DNA of 64,000 nt, from assembly GCA_047605205.1 (NCBI GenBank), contig JASGGE010000004.1, positions 1,585 through 65,584 on the forward strand, given 5' to 3'. Under the pieces are notes generated by a model, which saw only the letters and a program-made list of their open reading frames with translations, searched no databases and had not been told where the DNA came from. Shown here piece after piece: positions 9,920 to 18,435 of the stretch. This DNA comes from Siphonobacter sp. (GTDB taxonomy: Bacteria > Bacteroidota > Bacteroidia > Cytophagales > Spirosomataceae). Made by a program: the position numbers and the translations under genes. The first letter of the stretch is position 1. Each line of letters opens with the position of its first letter.

Positions 9920-10855
9920 ATGTTACTCTATGTTCAAACCCCAGTGGGTGCCTCTGATAAAAATTTCTTACGTAGCCAGCTTCCTAACGATATTGAAGTA
10001 GTATTTGAATCTGAACTCCCCGAAGAGCTAAAAGAAGAAAAAGCGTTAGAAGCTCAGTTGGTATTCGGAAACATCACACCTGAATGGGTAAAAATATCTC
10101 AGTCTTTACTATGGATGCAGTTGCATTCCGTTGGTTTTGATAAATATCAGGACATCAAAACTTCCGCTCTAATAACCAACATGAAAGGTTTTTATGCCCA
10201 ACCCTGTGCCGAAACCGCCATTGCGGGTATTTTGGCTCTCTACCGGAAGATGGACTGGTTTGGTATTCTCAGAGCTCGTCATGAGTGGATTGGGCAGCCT
10301 TTACGATTAGAGCTTAATCTGCTCTGGCACAAAAAAGTATTACTGCTAGGCACAGGAAGTATTGCCCAGGCCTGTCACAAAATTCTAACTGGTTTTGATT
10401 GTGACACCCAGTTTTTTGGCCGAACCAGCCCTAACGCATCCTATCGAACATCCGAAGAGCTTCTTCAGCATATCGGCCAATACGATATAATCATTAATTG
10501 TTTGCCGGGAACAGATGAAACGAAACAGTTTTTTTCGGCTGCCATGATTGCTGTCATGAAAACGGACGCGGTTTTCGCCAATGTGGGTCGTGGTACTACT
10601 GTTGATGAGCCCGCGTTAATCAGTGCTCTGTTGAATGGTTCAATCGGAGGGGCTGCCTTAGATGTTACGGATCAGGAACCCCTCCCGGCCGATCATCCGC
10701 TATGGGATTGCCCCAACGTAGTGCTTTCCCAACACACAGGAGGTGGTTTTAGGAATGAATTCCGAGGTTTAACGGAAGCTTTTCTTCGAAATCTTACCCT
10801 TTTTCTAAAAAAAGAGCCCCTCGAAAATGTAGTTGATTTGTACAAGGGATATTAA
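9920..10855 (+). CDS. D-2-hydroxyacid dehydrogenase
   Basis: GTGSIA Rossmann motif, NVGRG, GAALDVTDQEPLP, QHTGG. Confidence 0.9.
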   Translation: MLLYVQTPVGASDKNFLRSQLPNDIEVVFESELPEELKEEKALEAQLVFGNITPEWVKISQSLLWMQLHSVGFDKYQDIKTSALITNMKGFYAQPCAETAIAGILALYRKMDWFGILRARHEWIGQPLRLELNLLWHKKVLLLGTGSIAQACHKILTGFDCDTQFFGRTSPNASYRTSEELLQHIGQYDIIINCLPGTDETKQFFSAAMIAVMKTDAVFANVGRGTTVDEPALISALLNGSIGGAALDVTDQEPLPADHPLWDCPNVVLSQHTGGGFRNEFRGLTEAFLRNLTLFLKKEPLENVVDLYKGY

Positions 10856-10948
10856 AATGGAATAAAATCGTGGGCTATTTCGTTATTATAGCTCTCATTA
10901 TTCCTAAAAACTGTGCAGATCAAACTGTTAACTCTGAATGGAAAGCCG

Positions 10949-10956
10949 TATCTTTG
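10949..10956 (+). promoter_or_regulatory. Bacteroidota -7 promoter element (TATCTTTG) for bamD
   Basis: Matches TAnnTTTG, ending 7 nt before ATG 10964. Confidence 0.55.
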
Positions 10957-10963
10957 CGGCCTT

Positions 10964-11863
10964 ATGCAAACACTTCGGTATTTAGTTCTTTTTCTGGGGA
11001 TGGCAGGACTGTTTATGTCCTGTGGGAAATTCGAAAAATTACGTAAGCACGGCACAGACGAGCAAAAGTATCAGGCCGCTCTAAATTATTACAAAAGTGG
11101 CGATTGGGACAAGGCTGTCCTGTTATTCGAAGAATTAAAGCCTATCCTCAAAGGATCTGATCAGCAGGAAATGGCCACATTTTATGAAGCATACTGTAAT
11201 TATCACTTACAACAGTATGAGGTAGCCTCTTTTCAGTTTAAGCGTTTCTTTGAAACCTTTGGCCGGAGCGACTATGCTGAAGAAGCTTTGTATATGAGTG
11301 CCTACGCTTCGCACCGGGCTTCCATGCCTTATTATCTGGATCAGGCGAGCACATTATCTGCTATTGACGCCCTTCAAAGCTTTATTAACACCTATCCTCA
11401 AAGCAAGTTTGTTGAGGAAGCCGCCAGAATTATTAAGGATGACCGCCAGAAACTGGAAAAGAAGGCCTACGAACGGGTAAAGCTTTACTATAAAACCAGC
11501 CCGACTAATTTGCAGAACTTCCGGGCCGCCGTCTATGGAGTGACCAACTTCGAGAAGGAATTTCCTGATTCTGACTATATTGAAGAACTAACGTTCCTGC
11601 GGGTTCAGTCTCAATATGACTTTGCACAAAACAGTCTTTTCACCAAACAGAAAGAACGTTATGATGAAGTCGTAAAATATTATCAGGACTTTGTAGATCA
11701 TTACCCTAAAAGTAAATTCCTGAAAAGAGCGGAACGTTTTTATGATGATTCCGTTAAAAAATCAGCCGACCTAGCCGAACAAGCCCGTCTGGCAAAAGCC
11801 GCTGCCCAGAAAGCGAAAGAAAATCAGCCCGCCTCTTCAGGTAAGGTTAGTGGCTCTAACTAA
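10964..11863 (+). CDS. bamD: Outer membrane protein assembly factor BamD
   Basis: Lipobox FMSC, TPR repeats, YYLDQASTLSAIDALQSFINTYPQS. Heads the bamD-rpoZ-coaBC cluster. Start moved to ATG 10964. Confidence 0.9.
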   Translation: MQTLRYLVLFLGMAGLFMSCGKFEKLRKHGTDEQKYQAALNYYKSGDWDKAVLLFEELKPILKGSDQQEMATFYEAYCNYHLQQYEVASFQFKRFFETFGRSDYAEEALYMSAYASHRASMPYYLDQASTLSAIDALQSFINTYPQSKFVEEAARIIKDDRQKLEKKAYERVKLYYKTSPTNLQNFRAAVYGVTNFEKEFPDSDYIEELTFLRVQSQYDFAQNSLFTKQKERYDEVVKYYQDFVDHYPKSKFLKRAERFYDDSVKKSADLAEQARLAKAAAQKAKENQPASSGKVSGSN

Positions 11864-11905
11864 TCGCTCTGGTTTCATTTTTTTGAATAACTAAAAAACA
11901 ACAAT

Positions 11906-12226
11906 ATGGCTGCCAATCCTTCAATCGTCACGCGGGATACGGACAAATTAGCTGCTAAAACGAACGGCAATATCTATGAGGCAGTAGCCATCATGGCTGC
12001 CCGGGCAAAGCAATTGTCTGTTAAGCAAAAAGAAGAACTTAATCAGAAACTATCCGAATTTGCCTCAACGGTGGATAACCTCGAAGAAATCTTCGAAAAC
12101 CGTGAACAAATCGAAATTTCGAAACATTATGAACGTCAGCCTAAGCCTGCTTCATTGTCAGTAGAAGAATTTATTGACGAGAAGGTGCAGTGGCGTTACC
12201 GTAGTGAACAATCAGGCGAAGAATAG
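11906..12226 (+). CDS. rpoZ: RNA polymerase omega subunit (Bacteroidota type)
   Basis: GNIYEAVAIMAARAKQ...LEEIFENREQIEISKHYE.PKP; position between bamD and coaBC. Confidence 0.9.
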   Translation: MAANPSIVTRDTDKLAAKTNGNIYEAVAIMAARAKQLSVKQKEELNQKLSEFASTVDNLEEIFENREQIEISKHYERQPKPASLSVEEFIDEKVQWRYRSEQSGEE

Positions 12227-12248
12227 TTTATTTCTTTTATTTGATGAG

Positions 12249-12283
12249 AAACCTCCGTTCAGCCCATTGCACGGAGGTTTTTT
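12249..12283 (+). terminator. Intrinsic terminator after rpoZ
   Basis: aaacctccgt...acggaggttt followed by a T run. Confidence 0.7.
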
Positions 12284-12313
12284 CGTGTAAAGCTCTTTCT
12301 TTGTGCGAGCATC

Positions 12314-12321
12314 TAATTTTG
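12314..12321 (+). promoter_or_regulatory. -7 promoter element (TAATTTTG) immediately before coaBC
   Basis: TAnnTTTG ending 4 nt before ATG 12326, downstream of the rpoZ terminator. Confidence 0.55.
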
Positions 12322-12325
12322 ACCT

Positions 12326-13534
12326 ATGCTTTCGGGAAAACGAATTATACTCGGTGTAACAGGTAGCATTGCTGCGTATAAGGCAGCTCTTCTGGTTCGT
12401 TTGCTGGTTAAAGCCGGGGCTGAAGTACAGGTAATCATGACTTCCGCAGCCCATGATTTCATTACCCCGCTTACACTGAGTACACTATCTAAACGGCCCG
12501 TATTGACTGATTTTGCCACTGCTGATGGCACCGGAACCTGGAATAACCACGTAGCCCTGGCTCTATGGGCTGACCTGATTCTAATCGCTCCTGCTACTGC
12601 TCATACCCTGGCAAAAGCAGCTCATGGCCTATGCGACGATTTATTATTGGCCGTTTACCTTTCTGCCAAATGTCCGGTATTTTGGGCTCCGGCAATGGAC
12701 CTGGATATGTATCGTCATGGTAGCACAAAAGCAAATCTGAAAACGCTCGAAAGCTACGGCAATGAAATTAGTAAGGCCGAATCTGGAGAGCTGGCCAGTG
12801 GATTAGTCGGCGAGGGCCGGATGAGTGAACCTGAACACCTCGTACAACGGCTTTCAGACTATTTCAAGCAATCCCGGCAATGGGCAGGTATTCGCGTATT
12901 AGTAACCGCTGGCCCTACGCAGGAGGCCCTGGATCCTGTCCGATATCTTTCTAACCACTCGACCGGGAAAATGGGGTATGCCTTAGCTCGCCAGCTCGCT
13001 CTGGCAGGAGCCCACGTTACGATTGTAAGTGGCCCTACCGCATTGGGCTTGCCCCATCCTGCGGTGCACCGTATATCAGTAACTTCTGCTCAGGAGATGT
13101 ATGAGGCTTCAGAAGCAATTTTTGCTGATCAGGACCTTATTATCCTGGCAGCAGCGGTAGCTGATTATACGCCAGTGGAAGTTGCCAGTCAGAAAATCAA
13201 GAAGAAAACCCCTGTTTTCAATATTGAGTTAAAGAAAACCGTTGATATTGCGGCTACCTTAGGGCAACGCAAACGCCCCGATCAGCTCTTGGTAGGGTTT
13301 GCTCTTGAAACCGAAAATGGATTGGAAAATGCGAAAGCCAAACTGCTATCCAAAAATCTGGACTTAATTGTTTTAAATACGCTTGCAGATCCAGGGGCAG
13401 GCTTTGGTCATGATACCAACAAAATAACGATTCTGGATAAAACCGGACAATGTCTTGCTTTTGAATTAAAGGCAAAAGACAAAGTCGCAGAAGATATTTT
13501 ACAGACAATCATCCCATTACTTCATAAGAAATGA
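12326..13534 (+). CDS. coaBC: Bifunctional phosphopantothenoylcysteine decarboxylase/synthase
   Basis: GVTGSIAAYK, APAMDLDMY, TAGPTQEALDPVRYLSNHSTGKMG, AAAVADY, VGFALET. Confidence 0.96.
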   Translation: MLSGKRIILGVTGSIAAYKAALLVRLLVKAGAEVQVIMTSAAHDFITPLTLSTLSKRPVLTDFATADGTGTWNNHVALALWADLILIAPATAHTLAKAAHGLCDDLLLAVYLSAKCPVFWAPAMDLDMYRHGSTKANLKTLESYGNEISKAESGELASGLVGEGRMSEPEHLVQRLSDYFKQSRQWAGIRVLVTAGPTQEALDPVRYLSNHSTGKMGYALARQLALAGAHVTIVSGPTALGLPHPAVHRISVTSAQEMYEASEAIFADQDLIILAAAVADYTPVEVASQKIKKKTPVFNIELKKTVDIAATLGQRKRPDQLLVGFALETENGLENAKAKLLSKNLDLIVLNTLADPGAGFGHDTNKITILDKTGQCLAFELKAKDKVAEDILQTIIPLLHKK

Positions 13535-14451
13535 AATTTATAGCTTTTCTATCGGCATTTGCTCTTGCATTAGGGCTTGGTATTCCAGCAGCCAGAGCTC
13601 AGGAATTAAGCTGCCAAATTACCATCCGTACCGATCAGATTCGGGTTAATCAGCAAACCAATAGCGGAGACCAGATTTACAGTAACATGCAAAAAGTGAT
13701 GACCGATTTTGTTAATGGTCGTCGCTGGACAAATGATGAATTCTTACAAGATGAAAAAATAAACCTTAACATAACCTTAACGATCCAGAAAGCCACTGCC
13801 CAGGGTGACTATGAAGCTCAGGCCGTTATTCAGGTTATGCGACCCATTTATAACACCTCATACCAAAGTGTATTGCTACAATTTGTGGATCGTGCATTTA
13901 ATTTTCGATACTTAGCCGATACCCCATTAAATTACAACGATAACCTGTATACTGATAACCTGACTTCTCTGCTGGCGTTCTATAGTTATTTAGCCATTGC
14001 CCTTGATTACGATTCATTCAGCGTACATGGCGGAGAACAATGGGTACAGCGAGCCTACAACGTAGCTAATCTGGCCTCGAACGGTGGTTATTCCGGCTGG
14101 AACAATAACGCAGATACCCGAAGCCGATACTGGCTTATTGAAAATTTGCAAAATCAGCAACTGGCTCCCTTCCGCGAAGGCTTATATACCTACTATCGCC
14201 TGGCTATGGATACGTTTGCTGAGCAACCTGACCAATCTCGCAAACTAATATTAGGCGTCCTTAGAGATATCCAGCAGGTTACTTTACAAAAACCAGCAGC
14301 CGTAGCCATCAATACCTTTTTCGATGCCAAGTCAGACGAGCTTTATCAGATTTTTACCAAAGCATCAGTAGCCGACAGAAAGCAGGCCTTTGTCTTACTT
14401 GCAAAGCTGGATCCAACCAAAGCCGATACCTACCGAAAACTTACGCAGTAA
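13531..14451 (+). CDS. porD: DUF4835 family protein (T9SS-associated PorD-like)
   Basis: Signal peptide then AQELSC, RPIYNTSY, NLTSLLAFYSY, DYDSFS..GG, RYWLIEN; usual position between coaBC and recN. Confidence 0.7.
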   Translation: MKFIAFLSAFALALGLGIPAARAQELSCQITIRTDQIRVNQQTNSGDQIYSNMQKVMTDFVNGRRWTNDEFLQDEKINLNITLTIQKATAQGDYEAQAVIQVMRPIYNTSYQSVLLQFVDRAFNFRYLADTPLNYNDNLYTDNLTSLLAFYSYLAIALDYDSFSVHGGEQWVQRAYNVANLASNGGYSGWNNNADTRSRYWLIENLQNQQLAPFREGLYTYYRLAMDTFAEQPDQSRKLILGVLRDIQQVTLQKPAAVAINTFFDAKSDELYQIFTKASVADRKQAFVLLAKLDPTKADTYRKLTQ

Positions 14452-14500
14452 CTGGCATGACTTTTGGAATCACTACTCATCCAATCCTTTATTTGATTTA

Positions 14501-14950
14501 ATGATTCCAGTGATGATAACCTTTCGAAGTGCCACCCTTTCTGATTTTGAATGGACGTATTTGGTCAAAAAGAAAGCTTTAGGAGATTACGTCGTAGCAA
14601 CCTGGGGAGCCTGGTACGAAGACCTTCAGAAAAGTTTTTTCAGTCAGACCTTTCGGGAAGGAGATTATCAGGTCATTGAATATGAACATATCCCGGTAGG
14701 CACCATTTGGGTCGATCGTCGCCCAGATGAGTTATTCCTGGCTGAGCTGTATTTGTTACCTGCGTATCAAAATAAAGGCATCGGTTCCCAAATTATTTGT
14801 GATTTAAAGGCCGAAGCCCGGCAGCGTCAGATTCCGTTTCGATTAACGGTCTTGCAAATCAACCATTCTGCCCGACGATTTTACGAGCGGCACGGCTTAA
14901 CTTGCACCGAAGAACTTACTAATCACTACGTGATGACGTATCATGGGTAA
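14501..14950 (+). CDS. GNAT family N-acetyltransferase
   Basis: LLPAYQNKGIGS acetyl-CoA motif A and N..ARRFYERHG. Start moved to ATG 14501. Confidence 0.85.
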   Translation: MIPVMITFRSATLSDFEWTYLVKKKALGDYVVATWGAWYEDLQKSFFSQTFREGDYQVIEYEHIPVGTIWVDRRPDELFLAELYLLPAYQNKGIGSQIICDLKAEARQRQIPFRLTVLQINHSARRFYERHGLTCTEELTNHYVMTYHG

Positions 14951-15170
14951 AAGACTCCTTCGGATTTCAAATCAGTTACTGGCTCAAAAATTGCCTTCTC
15001 TCGTAGGTACTCCACTTCATATTATTTTGCAAAGTGGGGTTACCTTTCACGGTACATTAATCTCAACCAGCCCTACCCATCTGACCTTGCAGGATGGCTT
15101 ACTGCAAAAACGGACTTATCCTTTTGAACAGATTAATGAAATCATTTATGATGAAAAGGCTGCTTTTTAG
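14943..15170 (+). CDS. Small protein with predicted Sm/LSm-like (SH3-like) fold
   Basis: Overlaps the GNAT stop by 8 nt. Pattern LVGTPLHIILQSGVTFHGTL...LTL...YPFEQINEI. The fold is an inference. Confidence 0.6.
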   Translation: MGKRLLRISNQLLAQKLPSLVGTPLHIILQSGVTFHGTLISTSPTHLTLQDGLLQKRTYPFEQINEIIYDEKAAF

Positions 15171-15248
15171 GCTATTGTATCATCCGTTTGTACCTTTGAA
15201 TTTTTGATTCCGAAGCCTATTTTTATTTTCTTATTCGTTCGGGAAGTC

Positions 15249-16898
15249 ATGCTTTCAAATTTGCTCATTCAGAATTATGCCCTGATCGAGTCGCTTGAGT
15301 TATCACCCAGTAGAGGACTAAATATCATCACGGGAGAAACTGGAGCGGGTAAGTCTATCTTGCTGGGAGCCATTGGGCTTTTACTTGGAAATCGGGCCGA
15401 TAGTAAAGTACTCTGGGATCCAACCAAAAAATGCATTATTGAAGGGCAATTTGATATCGCCGGTTACTTCATTGAACAACTTTTTGCTGAGGAAGAAATT
15501 GATTATGATCACAGCTGCATTATCCGGCGGGAAATCAGCCCTTCTGGGAAATCCAGAGCCTTTGTCAACGACACCCCCGTTAATCTGGAAACACTCCGCC
15601 GAATTGGTTCTCAATTAATGGACGTTCACTCCCAGCATGATTCTATTCTGTTAGGCTCTCAGGAATATCAACTTCAGATTATTGATACCTATGCCCAGAA
15701 CGCAGCCATTCTGGAACAATACAAAACACTTTTCCAGATTTTTCGACAGAAACAGGAAGCCTATGATCGTTTATTAGCCGAAGCAAAAGACATTCGAAAA
15801 GAATTCGATTATAATTCATTCTTATTCGACGAACTTAGTAAAGCCCGTTTTCAGGAAAATGAACAAACAGCCCTTGAACAGGAACTGGCGACTCTCGAAA
15901 ACGCCGAAGAGATCAAACAGCGGCTTGGTACAGCCATTGGGTATCTGAATAACCCTGACCAAAGTATTCTTGGCTGGTTACAAAGCGTACTGGGAAACCT
16001 CAACAGCATTAGCAACTATGGTTTTGATTCTCTGCGAGACCGTGTACAGAGCTGTCTGATTGAACTAAAAGACGTTGCCTCTGAGCTGGAATCGGAAGAA
16101 GAGTCTGTAGAACTTGATAATGAAAAAATTACGAGCATCCAGGAGCGACTGAGCTTAGTGTATACTCTTCAGAAAAAGCATAATGTTGATTCCATCGCCG
16201 GGCTATTGAATATTCAATCAACGTTAGAGCAAAAAGTATCGAAAGTGCTTAATCTGGATGATGACATCGCCACAGCCGAAGTTGCCACCAGGCAAGCATG
16301 GCAGCAACTTCAGCAAGCAGCCCGTGAACTTTCCGATTCCCGAAGGGTTATTCTAAACGAAATACAAGATTTAGTTACTAGTCTACTGACTGACCTCGGG
16401 ATTCCGAATGGCCGTTTGGTTATTGATCACCAAACCGTCAAACCAATGCCACAAGGCATTGATACCATTACGTTTCTATTCTCGGCTAACAAGGGCATCC
16501 AGCCCCGGCAATTACGTGAAGTAGCCTCTGGGGGCGAGTTTAGTCGCCTTATGCTGGCTATTAAATATATTCTGGCGAACAAACGCTCGCTACCAACAAT
16601 CGTATTTGATGAGATTGATACGGGTATCTCAGGCGAAATAGCGATTAAAGTAGGGTCCATGATGCGTGATATGGCAAGAGAGCATCAGTTAATTGCCATT
16701 ACCCACCTGCACCAGATTGCGGCAAAAGGAGACTCTCATTATTTTGTTTATAAAGATCATTCTGCCGACCGTACCGTCTCGAGGATTCGGCAATTAACCA
16801 CAGAAGAACGTGTTCTGGAAATTGCCCAGATGATTGGCGGAACCAAGCCTGCACAAGCCATCATTGACAATGCCCGCGAAATGCTTTCTGCTAATTAA
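15249..16898 (+). CDS. recN: DNA repair protein RecN
   Basis: TGETGAGKS Walker A, ASGGEFSR signature, VFDEIDTG, ITHLHQIAA. TACCTTTG promoter element at 15191-15198. Confidence 0.96.
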   Translation: MLSNLLIQNYALIESLELSPSRGLNIITGETGAGKSILLGAIGLLLGNRADSKVLWDPTKKCIIEGQFDIAGYFIEQLFAEEEIDYDHSCIIRREISPSGKSRAFVNDTPVNLETLRRIGSQLMDVHSQHDSILLGSQEYQLQIIDTYAQNAAILEQYKTLFQIFRQKQEAYDRLLAEAKDIRKEFDYNSFLFDELSKARFQENEQTALEQELATLENAEEIKQRLGTAIGYLNNPDQSILGWLQSVLGNLNSISNYGFDSLRDRVQSCLIELKDVASELESEEESVELDNEKITSIQERLSLVYTLQKKHNVDSIAGLLNIQSTLEQKVSKVLNLDDDIATAEVATRQAWQQLQQAARELSDSRRVILNEIQDLVTSLLTDLGIPNGRLVIDHQTVKPMPQGIDTITFLFSANKGIQPRQLREVASGGEFSRLMLAIKYILANKRSLPTIVFDEIDTGISGEIAIKVGSMMRDMAREHQLIAITHLHQIAAKGDSHYFVYKDHSADRTVSRIRQLTTEERVLEIAQMIGGTKPAQAIIDNAREMLSAN

Positions 16899-16909
16899 AC
16901 TTCCCGATC

Positions 16910-17308
16910 ATGAAAAAAAATATCTGGCTAGTAGCCGCTATTTGCTCATTAATGGCTTGTGAAAATGCCGACCATAAAAAGCTGGAATCTCTTCAGAAAG
17001 AAGTAGAAAGCATGCACGATAAACTCATGGGACCGTATATGGAGATTGAAGATCTTCGGACAGAAATTCGTCAGAAAATCAGTAAAGACACCACCGGACA
17101 GGCTCAGGCAGAGCTAATTTTACTGGAGTTGACCCAGGCTGAAAAAGGAATGGATAACTGGATGAATAACTACAACGGTGATACCCTCGAAAACTTATCG
17201 GCAGAAGAAGGTGAAAAATACCTGCTTTCTGAAAAGAAAAAGGTAACCCAGGTTGAGTCACTCACTAATGCTAGTGTGGCTTCTGCCAAACAGTTTTTGA
17301 AGAAGTAA
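16910..17308 (+). CDS. Helical lipoprotein, hypothetical
   Basis: Lipobox LMAC; MHDKLM and MDNWM motifs; directly upstream of SCO. Confidence 0.7.
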   Translation: MKKNIWLVAAICSLMACENADHKKLESLQKEVESMHDKLMGPYMEIEDLRTEIRQKISKDTTGQAQAELILLELTQAEKGMDNWMNNYNGDTLENLSAEEGEKYLLSEKKKVTQVESLTNASVASAKQFLKK

Positions 17309-17322
17309 TCCGCGTACTTACC

Positions 17323-17970
17323 ATGAAACTAGTTCCTCTTTATTACTTACTCGTTCTGCTTTGCTTTGCCTGCAAGACTGAAACGACCCGTTTACCAATT
17401 CTTGGCCCCCGAAATGGAATAGCTACTCAGGTGATAAACGGAAAAAGTGTTACCGATACCGTTTATCATCAGATTCCTGATTTTGCTTTCGCCAGTCAAT
17501 ATGGGGATACGGTTACCGCTAAAAATTATGAAGGGAAAATCTATATCGCTGATTTTTTCTTTACTACCTGCCCCACTATTTGCCCTAAAATGACAGGAGA
17601 AATGCGGAAACTCTACGAAAAATACAAAGATGATCCGAAGGTTATGTTTGTATCTTTTTCCATTGATCCAAAACGTGATAGCGTAGGCCGGCTTAAAGAA
17701 TTTGCTACCGACCTGGGTGTTTATGGACAAAAACAGTGGTATTTCTTAACGGGTGACCGTAAAGCTATTTTTGATCTGGGGCAGCAAGGTTATTTTGTCA
17801 CCGCAAAAGAAGATTCGGCCGAACCTGGTGGAATTCTGCACAGTGGAGCATTCATATTGGTTGATACGGAAAAACGCATTCGGGGTATCTATGACGGTAC
17901 AAAAGATGAAGTAATTGCGGAAGTACATGAAGCGATTACTCTGTTGAAGAAAGAAGAAAAAACAGAATAA
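17323..17970 (+). CDS. SCO family copper chaperone lipoprotein
   Basis: FFFTTCPTICP (CxxxC), IDPKRDS, conserved His in ILHSG. Confidence 0.92.
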   Translation: MKLVPLYYLLVLLCFACKTETTRLPILGPRNGIATQVINGKSVTDTVYHQIPDFAFASQYGDTVTAKNYEGKIYIADFFFTTCPTICPKMTGEMRKLYEKYKDDPKVMFVSFSIDPKRDSVGRLKEFATDLGVYGQKQWYFLTGDRKAIFDLGQQGYFVTAKEDSAEPGGILHSGAFILVDTEKRIRGIYDGTKDEVIAEVHEAITLLKKEEKTE

Positions 17971-17980
17971 TGTCCTTTTT

Positions 17981-18370
17981 ATGTTTGAACGCAAAAATAT
18001 TTTAACCGGCTCTCCCTGGGAAGATAAAGTAGGCTACTGCCGGGCTGTCCGTCTGGGTAATATCATTGAAGTTGCCGGAACCGTCGCTATTGTAGATGGT
18101 GACCAGGTTAAAGCAAATGATGCTTACGCCCAAACGAAAAATATCATCGAGCGAATTGCAAAAGTGCTTGAAGAGGCCGGAGCTGGTTTATCAGATGTCG
18201 TACGGACGCGTATGTTTACGACCGATATTAACCTATTCGACGAAATTGGGCGTGCTCATGGTGAATTTTTCAGCACCATCAAACCCACTACGAGCATGTA
18301 CGAAATTAACCGCTTAGTTGCTCCGGAGTATCTAATTGAAATGGAATTTACGGCAATCGTACAAGAATAA
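17981..18370 (+). CDS. RidA/YjgF family protein
   Basis: WEDKVGYCRAVR, VAGT, DVVRTRMF, LIEMEFTA. Confidence 0.9.
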   Translation: MFERKNILTGSPWEDKVGYCRAVRLGNIIEVAGTVAIVDGDQVKANDAYAQTKNIIERIAKVLEEAGAGLSDVVRTRMFTTDINLFDEIGRAHGEFFSTIKPTTSMYEINRLVAPEYLIEMEFTAIVQE

Positions 18371-18385
18371 GCCCGTTTTATAAGT

Positions 18386-18421
18386 AAAGAAGCAGCCCGG
18401 CAAATACCGGACTGCTTCTTT
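18386..18421. terminator. Bidirectional terminator
   Basis: aaagaagcag-ccgg...ccgg-ctgcttcttt inverted repeat between convergent genes. Confidence 0.75.
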
Positions 18422-18435
18422 CTATTCTGTGCCTA

